Positions 58,364-64,000 of a stretch of 64,000 nucleotides of DNA are shown here, one piece after another. The first letter of the stretch is position 1, and each line of letters begins with the position of its first letter. Under the pieces are notes generated by a model, which saw only the letters and a list, made by a program, of their open reading frames with translations, was not told the DNA's origin and did no database searches. The translations under genes and the position numbers were made by a program. The DNA is from Lewinellaceae bacterium (GTDB lineage Bacteria > Bacteroidota > Bacteroidia > Chitinophagales > Saprospiraceae), in NCBI GenBank assembly GCA_963837005.1, contig CAWIMC010000021.1, forward strand, positions 14,880 through 78,879, read 5' to 3'.

Positions 58364-59617
58364 ATGACGGACGTACTGATTTACGATTGCTTGCGCACCC
58401 CCCGTGGTCGGGCTAGAGTGGACGGGGCCTTGCGGGAGATGCGCCCTTATCGCCTCCTGTCGAATCTGCTCGCGGCCCTCGCCGAGCGCAACCCAAGCCT
58501 CGACCTCGGCCAAGTCGCCGACGTGCTCATCGGTTGCGTGAGCGCCGTCGGGGACCAGGGCTACAACATCGCCCAGGCCGCCGTGCAGGATGCCGGCTGG
58601 CCGCAGACGGTAGCCGCCGCGACGGTAAATCGCTTTTGCGCCAGCGGCCTCGAAACCGTCCACCAAGCCACCGCCCGCATCGCCGCCGGATTTGATGAGG
58701 CGATTGTCGCGGGGGGCATCGAGGTGATGAGCCGTGTACCGCTCGGGGCCGGGGGCGGAGCCCTCCTCGAAGACCCAGAGCTGATCCTCGGGCACGGCGT
58801 GATCCCACAGGGTGTAGCAGCCGATCTACTGGCCACCCTTCACGGCTTCGACCGCGAGGCGCTCGACGCCATCGGGCTTCGCTCGCAGCAGCGTGCGGTG
58901 AGCGCCCGCAACGGTGCCAATCTAGAGGCTTCGATGATCCCGATTACAGACGCCAACGGGATCATGCTGCTCGATAGCAACGAGCACATTCGACCCGATA
59001 CTTCTGCGGAGGGTCTTGCCGCGTTGCGCCCCGCCTTTGCCTCGGAGACGCTAGCTCGGGGGGGACGCATGGCGACGGCGGGGTTTGATGCGCTGGCCCT
59101 ATCGCGGTACCCTGAGCTTTCGGAAATACAGCATTTGCATACGGCAGGCACTAGTTCGGGACTGAGCGATGGCGCGGGGCTCGTACTGCTCGGGTCGGCG
59201 GCCTTCGGCGAGGCGCAAAGACTTAGGGCCCGTGCCCGTGTGGTGGCGGTAGCCGTCGCGAGCTCAGAGCCGACCATTATGCTCACGGGCATGATCCCCG
59301 CTACGCAGCGCGTACTCGAGCGAGCGCACCTGGAGGTAGGCGATATTGACCTGTTCGAGGTCAACGAAGCTTTTGCCGTGGTGCCGCTGCTTTTCATGAA
59401 GCACTTTGGCCTCGATGCGGACCGCGTAAATGTCTTCGGAGGGGCCATAGCCCTCGGACACCCGGTCGGCGCAACCGGAGCGATGCTGCTCGGCCACCTG
59501 GTTGACGCGCTCCACATCCGCGAAGTACGCTACGGCCTGGTCACCCTGTGTGCCGCCGGCGGTCAGGGCATCGCCTGTGTCGTAGAGCGTATCCCTGGGC
59601 AAGTAAGAAGGGGGTAG
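58364..59617 (+). CDS. Acetyl-CoA C-acyltransferase (thiolase)
   Basis: ...NRFCASGLETVHQA... (active-site Cys) and a C-terminal ...GGAIALGHPVGATGA...CAAGGQG... region. Confidence 0.85.
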   Translation: MTDVLIYDCLRTPRGRARVDGALREMRPYRLLSNLLAALAERNPSLDLGQVADVLIGCVSAVGDQGYNIAQAAVQDAGWPQTVAAATVNRFCASGLETVHQATARIAAGFDEAIVAGGIEVMSRVPLGAGGGALLEDPELILGHGVIPQGVAADLLATLHGFDREALDAIGLRSQQRAVSARNGANLEASMIPITDANGIMLLDSNEHIRPDTSAEGLAALRPAFASETLARGGRMATAGFDALALSRYPELSEIQHLHTAGTSSGLSDGAGLVLLGSAAFGEAQRLRARARVVAVAVASSEPTIMLTGMIPATQRVLERAHLEVGDIDLFEVNEAFAVVPLLFMKHFGLDADRVNVFGGAIALGHPVGATGAMLLGHLVDALHIREVRYGLVTLCAAGGQGIACVVERIPGQVRRG

Positions 59618-59734
59618 TGGCTTTCTGCGCGTCCTCGCCCGAAAAGGCGGCGCAAGATTTGTTCGTGCATATTTGCAAACTGCGGATGGCTCAAAATATT
59701 CATCCGCGCCTTTCAGATCACCACACCCAGGTTT

Positions 59735-61444
59735 ATGAGCTTCAGCACCCCTTACAAACTTCCCTACACGCCCGGCGAGGGCTACGAGCATTCTACGGCC
59801 TACTTCTGTATGGAGTTCGGCATCGATCAGGCCCTCAAAATCTACTCGGGTGGTCTCGGCTTCCTCGCCGGCAGCCACATGCGCTCGGCCTACAACCTCA
59901 AGCAGAACCTCGTCGGCATCGGCGTCAAGTGGAGCTGGGGCTATTACGACCAGACGCGCAACCAAGACCGTACGATGCGCTCGGAATTCCTCGAGAAGTA
60001 CTACTCCTTCCTGGAAGAGACCGATATGCTCTTCGAGATCGAGGTCAACCAGCACCCCGTGCACGTACGAGTGTACTACCTCGCTCCGGAGGTCTTCGGC
60101 ACGGCACCTATGTTCTTCCTGTCGACCGACATCCCGGAGAACGATTACCTCGCCCGTCAAATCTCGAAACGCCTCTATGACTCCAACGTCGAGGCCAAGA
60201 TCGCGCAGTACATCCTTCTTGGTAAAGGAGGCGCTGTCTTGCTTGATAAGCTCGGCCTCTCTCCCGACACGTATCACTTTAACGAAGCACACGCCTTGCC
60301 GGCGGCATTCCACCTCTACGAGCAGTATGGTGACCTCGAGAAGGTGAAGGCGAAATGCGTGGTAACCACGCACACGCCCGTGGCCGCCGGTAACGAGATT
60401 CACTCCTTCCGGATGCTCAACAAGCTGACTTTCTTCGGGAAGCTGAGCAGCGACAAGGTCCGCGAACTCGTCGGCGTCGAAGGAGACTCCTTCAGCCAGA
60501 CCTTAGCCACGCTGCGTATGAGCCGACTCGCCAACGGTGTGTCCAAGATCCACGGCGACGTTGCTCGCGACATGTGGGGCGGCTACGACGGTATCCCTCC
60601 CATTACGCACATCACTAACGCTCAGGAGGCCAAGTACTGGCAACTTCGCGACATCCGCGACGCACACGCCGCCGGCGATATGGATGCCGTGATGGCAGCG
60701 AAGGCCAAGCACAAGCGTCGCCTCTTCCGCATCGTCGCCGACCAGACCGGTAAGCTCTTCGACCCGAAGGTGCTCACGATCGTCTGGGCACGCCGCTTCG
60801 CTGCCTACAAACGCGCCGACCTTATTACCCGCGACCTCGATCGCCTCGATAAGATTCTCAACAATGCGAAGTACCCCGTCCAACTCCTCTTCGCCGGCAA
60901 GCCCTACCCAACCGACTACGACTCCGTAAGCGTCTGGGATCGCCTCGTGCACCTGAGCCGCGACCGCGACAACATGGCTGTCCTCCACGGCTACGAACTT
61001 CATCTCAGCGCGATGATGAAGCGCGGATCGGACGTCTGGCTCAACAACCCGCGCATCCCGCGCGAAGCCTCCGGTACGAGCGGCATGACGGCGGCCATGA
61101 ACGCCTCGGTCAACTTCTCTACGCACGACGGGTGGATCCCCGAGTTCGCGGAGCACGGCGTCAACAGCTACGTCATCCCCCCGGTGCACTCGCAGGGCGA
61201 GGAGGACGAGTACACCGTCGACCAACACGACCTCGGTGCCCTGTACGAAATCCTCGAGAACGAGATAGTCCCGGCCTACTACAGCCAAGGGCAGAAGGCC
61301 TGGAAGGATGTCGTCGAGCAGAGCATGAACGATGTGCTGCCGCAGTTTGGCTCCGACCGTATGGCGGACGACTACTACAAGGTCATGTACACGTCGACAC
61401 CATCCGACGTAGAGGCCGAGCTGCTACAGGCCGCTGAGGCGTAG
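59735..61444 (+). CDS. glgP: Alpha-glucan phosphorylase (GT35, maltodextrin/glycogen phosphorylase short type)
   Basis: ...AYFCMEFGID...GGLGFLAGSHMRSA...; ...NGVSKIHGD...; ...WARRFAAYKRADL... Confidence 0.85.
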   Translation: MSFSTPYKLPYTPGEGYEHSTAYFCMEFGIDQALKIYSGGLGFLAGSHMRSAYNLKQNLVGIGVKWSWGYYDQTRNQDRTMRSEFLEKYYSFLEETDMLFEIEVNQHPVHVRVYYLAPEVFGTAPMFFLSTDIPENDYLARQISKRLYDSNVEAKIAQYILLGKGGAVLLDKLGLSPDTYHFNEAHALPAAFHLYEQYGDLEKVKAKCVVTTHTPVAAGNEIHSFRMLNKLTFFGKLSSDKVRELVGVEGDSFSQTLATLRMSRLANGVSKIHGDVARDMWGGYDGIPPITHITNAQEAKYWQLRDIRDAHAAGDMDAVMAAKAKHKRRLFRIVADQTGKLFDPKVLTIVWARRFAAYKRADLITRDLDRLDKILNNAKYPVQLLFAGKPYPTDYDSVSVWDRLVHLSRDRDNMAVLHGYELHLSAMMKRGSDVWLNNPRIPREASGTSGMTAAMNASVNFSTHDGWIPEFAEHGVNSYVIPPVHSQGEEDEYTVDQHDLGALYEILENEIVPAYYSQGQKAWKDVVEQSMNDVLPQFGSDRMADDYYKVMYTSTPSDVEAELLQAAEA

Positions 61445-61456
61445 TAGTTTGCGGGC

Positions 61457-62179
61457 GTGATCACCTCGCTCGTACGCAAGCAAGTCAACGTCGTGGGCCG
61501 TGGCCTACAGGAGTTGATGTACCCACGGATCTGCAGTCATTGCGACGGGCGGATCGAGTCTAGCGTTCGCTTCGTATGCCTCGCCTGCCGCGGGGCCATC
61601 TCGACGCTCGACCTTCATACGCTCATCGAGAACGAGATGACGGATCGCTTCTGGGGGAGGCTGCCACTCACGCGGGCAGCCTCCCTCTTGCCATACGGGC
61701 AGGGCCTCCCGGCACAGCGGCTGATGTGGTCGATGAAGTATGACAATCGACCAGAGATCGGCAATAGTCTCGGGGGGTGGCTCGGGTCACTCGTTACGGA
61801 GAGCGAGGTCTTCGGAACCTTTGATGCCATTGTCCCGGTGCCACTGCACCCCTTGCGGCTCAAGTCGCGCGGCTATAACCAGGCGGCGCGGATTGCCGAG
61901 GGTATCGGCGAGGCGACCGGCGTGGAGGTTTTGGCGCAAGCCGTACTGCGTGTCAAACACACGAGTACACAGACGGCAAAGTCGAGCTTCGCAAGGGTGG
62001 AGAACATGATGGAGGTTTTTCAGCTTTCGCCAAAACACGACCTACGCGGCAAAATCATCCTGCTCGTCGACGACGTAATGACGACCGGGGCCACCCTCGA
62101 GGCTGTGGGGCGGGAAATCCTAAAAGGCGACGTCGCGGAACTGAAAGTCGCCACCTTGGCCCTAGCGAGGAAGTTTTAG
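61457..62179 (+). CDS. comF: ComF-family protein (double zinc-ribbon + phosphoribosyltransferase domain)
   Basis: GTG start. CxxC...CxxC (ICSHCDGRI...CLACRG), then PRTase ...ILLVDDVMTTGATLEA... Contains 15-mer variants at 61926 and 62023. Confidence 0.7.
   Translation: MITSLVRKQVNVVGRGLQELMYPRICSHCDGRIESSVRFVCLACRGAISTLDLHTLIENEMTDRFWGRLPLTRAASLLPYGQGLPAQRLMWSMKYDNRPEIGNSLGGWLGSLVTESEVFGTFDAIVPVPLHPLRLKSRGYNQAARIAEGIGEATGVEVLAQAVLRVKHTSTQTAKSSFARVENMMEVFQLSPKHDLRGKIILLVDDVMTTGATLEAVGREILKGDVAELKVATLALARKF
62023..62035 (+). repeat. Dispersed 15-mer, exact core copy
   Basis: gctttcgccaaaa. Encodes LSPK in comF. Confidence 0.8.
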
Positions 62180-62181
62180 GA

Positions 62182-62268
62182 GCATGGAGCATGGAGCATG
62201 GAGCATGGATTCCCCGGCTGTCGTAGCTCGAGCATCTATGCTCCATGCTCCATGCTCTATAATCCTTC
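62182..62268. terminator. Long perfect palindrome (GAGCATG)4...(CATGCTC)3 between convergent genes; bidirectional terminator candidate
   Basis: ggagcatggagcatggagcatggagcatgga...tctatgctccatgctccatgctctat. Confidence 0.5.
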
Positions 62269-62269
62269 C

Positions 62270-64000
62270 TAATGCTGTACGATGACTGCGCTCGACTCCT
62301 CGCGATCTCCTTCGCGGAGGCGTAGCACGTAGTTGCCGTTCGGGAGGTCACCGAGGTCGAGGCTGTGCTCACCGTCGGTGGTGAGGGGCCAGAGCTTGAG
62401 GGTACGACCGGTCTGGTCGACGATGGTCGCGTACACGGTGCGGGCACCTTCGCGCGGCAGCAGCGTGAGGTCGCACCTCCCCGCGGTTGGGTTCGGATAG
62501 ACGTTGCCGGAAAGGCGGTTAGGCTCGGCAGCCGACGCCCTCGAGCGTGACGGCGACTACGTCGGAGTAGGTAGGTCGTGCCGTCGAAGTCCTCGCTACG
62601 GAGTTGGTAGTAGTAGGTCTGGCCCGGCAATACGGCGCGGTCGGTGTAGGCGTAGTCGCCTGAAGCCCATGGCAGGCGTCGAGGAGATCTCTCCGTAAAA
62701 ACCTCGCCGTCGGTCGAGCGCAGGACGCTGTAGCCGGAGAGGTCGATCTCGGAGGCCGTAACCCAGTCGAGTTGGATGCTAGACGACAGGGAGCTTGCCG
62801 TGAAGGCGATCAGTTCGACAGGTAATGGAGCACTGTTAAATTCGATGGCACCTAGGTCGACGACCATATTTTAACGCGGACATTACGTTTGAAGTCACCA
62901 CCGGCAATAACAGCGTCTGCATTGTTACCCGCATCGTTGACCACTGGACTGTTGGCACTAAGCGTAGGAACTGAATCATTGTTAGCAGTTAAACATTGGA
63001 TCGGTATCGTACAGCACCCCCATGCCTTCGTTTGCCATCGATGCCCTCTGACCGTTGTCGTCGTAGGAATTTAGCAAAGCCTGGTAGCTGAACGCAGCTG
63101 TCGAAGTGTAGCTGATGTTTAATACGCCGTTCGCCAACTTAAAATCTTGGAACCCTATTGGTGGAGTGCTACCTTGGACCGAAGTGTTGTTTGGTGTCGC
63201 ATTGCCGAAGAATATGCAGTTTTTGACCGTCGACTCTCCACCGTTGGTGTACAAGCCGCCACCCGTACCCCCAGAAGCAAGAGCCAAATTGTCGGACACG
63301 GTCACGTTCGTAAGGAATAGGCGACCCCCGTTGTTGTAAATGCCACCACCAGCAAAACCCGTGTTCTTCGATATGATCGGTTTTGCAGCGTGACCAAGAA
63401 GGTGGAACTCACTGGGTCGTTCGCATTATTTCTTCCGGCCTTCATAAAAATGGCACCGCCGTAGGCGTTCCCATTCGAGCGACTTCCCGGTACCCCAGGG
63501 GCGTCCGGATCGTTGAAGTTTTCACTCAGCAGGCATCGGTCGAAGACGATATTTAACCGTCGGCGCCCGCTGCGATCAGTCGAAAGCCCACCACCGGGTG
63601 ATGCACCATTCGTACCCCTTGCTACGGTCCCGTTCTTGACAAATTTAGTGTCCTCAAACCTGGCATTCGAGATGCCATCTAAACACATTGATGAAGATAC
63701 CGCCCCCTCCGAAGGTCGACGTATTGTTTCTAAAATTGCAGAAGCTGAAGACTGGGGACGCTTCAGCGCCAAAGCCTCCATACATGTAAATCGCACCTCC
63801 CCTACCGATTGCATCATTATTGATAAACGTGCAGGAAGTGAAGGTCGGGGAGGAGACGGAGGCACTTTGATTGGCGATGTATCACGCCGGCCCTCCAGAT
63901 CCAAACCTGTCATCCGTGCCCGTGCCAGCTAGATCGGCAAATCCATCCGTGATCGTCAAGTTACGCATACCCGCTTGCGTACCTACCTGGTCAGCGAACA
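62270..64000 (-). pseudogene. T9SS substrate: right-handed beta-helix (pectate-lyase-like/choice-of-anchor) protein with fibronectin-like domain and Por_Secre_tail, broken by several frameshifts; runs off the window edge
   Basis: An intact C-terminal tail at 62270-62510 reads LSGNVYPNPTAGRCDLTLLPREGARTVYATIVDQTGRTLKLWPLTTDGEHSLDLGDLPNGNYVLRLREGDREESSAVIVQH*. The Fn-like domain at 62560-62867 is in another frame. Beta-helix rungs (NTGFAGGGIYNNGGRLFLTNVTVSDN, GGGLYTNGGESTVKNCIFFGN, GGAIFMKAGRNNANDP) are spread over at least three frames (track ORFs 62982..63305, 63302..63913). Confidence 0.65.

Overview
High-GC (about 65%) bacterial chromosome segment. The several Por/T9SS C-terminal sorting domains and the lack of Shine-Dalgarno spacing point to Bacteroidota/Rhodothermota, perhaps a Rhodothermaceae- or Salinibacter-like lineage. 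Housekeeping genes are thrS, aspS, hemA, katG, a thiolase, an alpha-glucan phosphorylase and comF. Two signal-transduction modules are present: a LytTR response regulator with its His_kinase sensor, and a 7TM hybrid histidine kinase. Secreted and T9SS cargo includes a BspA-like LRR protein, a DUF4874/DUF4832 hydrolase-like protein and a degraded beta-helix protein. Other genes encode amidohydrolases, alpha/beta hydrolases, a Gfo/Idh/MocA oxidoreductase and two paralogous AlbA_2/HATPase_c_4 ATP-binding proteins. Three stretches of lower GC look accessory. At 4.1-7.0 kb sits the LRR surface protein. At 7.0-10.9 kb is a nested IS graveyard in which an intact IS66 element, with perfect 22-bp inverted repeats and an 8-bp target duplication, has inserted into an IS4 transposase gene, next to a second IS66 remnant. 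At 14.7-17.2 kb a PIN/HTH toxin-antitoxin pair sits with two small membrane proteins. A RayT-like HuH tyrosine transposase of lower GC lies at 53.7 kb. The most striking signal is a 15-nt word, GGCTTYCGCCAAAAC, and its reverse complement GTTTTGGCGRAAGCC. I counted about 13 exact and about 30 one- or two-mismatch copies, roughly one per 1.4 kb. It occurs on both strands, in all reading frames, inside unrelated genes and in intergenic DNA. That is far above compositional expectation and resembles a DNA uptake signal sequence (DUS/USS-like) or another genome-wide architectural word. Several conserved genes carry in-frame TAG codons or single-nucleotide frameshifts: an OMP, IS66 tnpB, aspS, an amidohydrolase N-terminus and a T9SS beta-helix gene. 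These are pseudogenisation or assembly errors. Most of the many short GC-rich overlapping ORFs in the track are shadow ORFs. No CRISPR array, tRNA or rRNA was found by eye.
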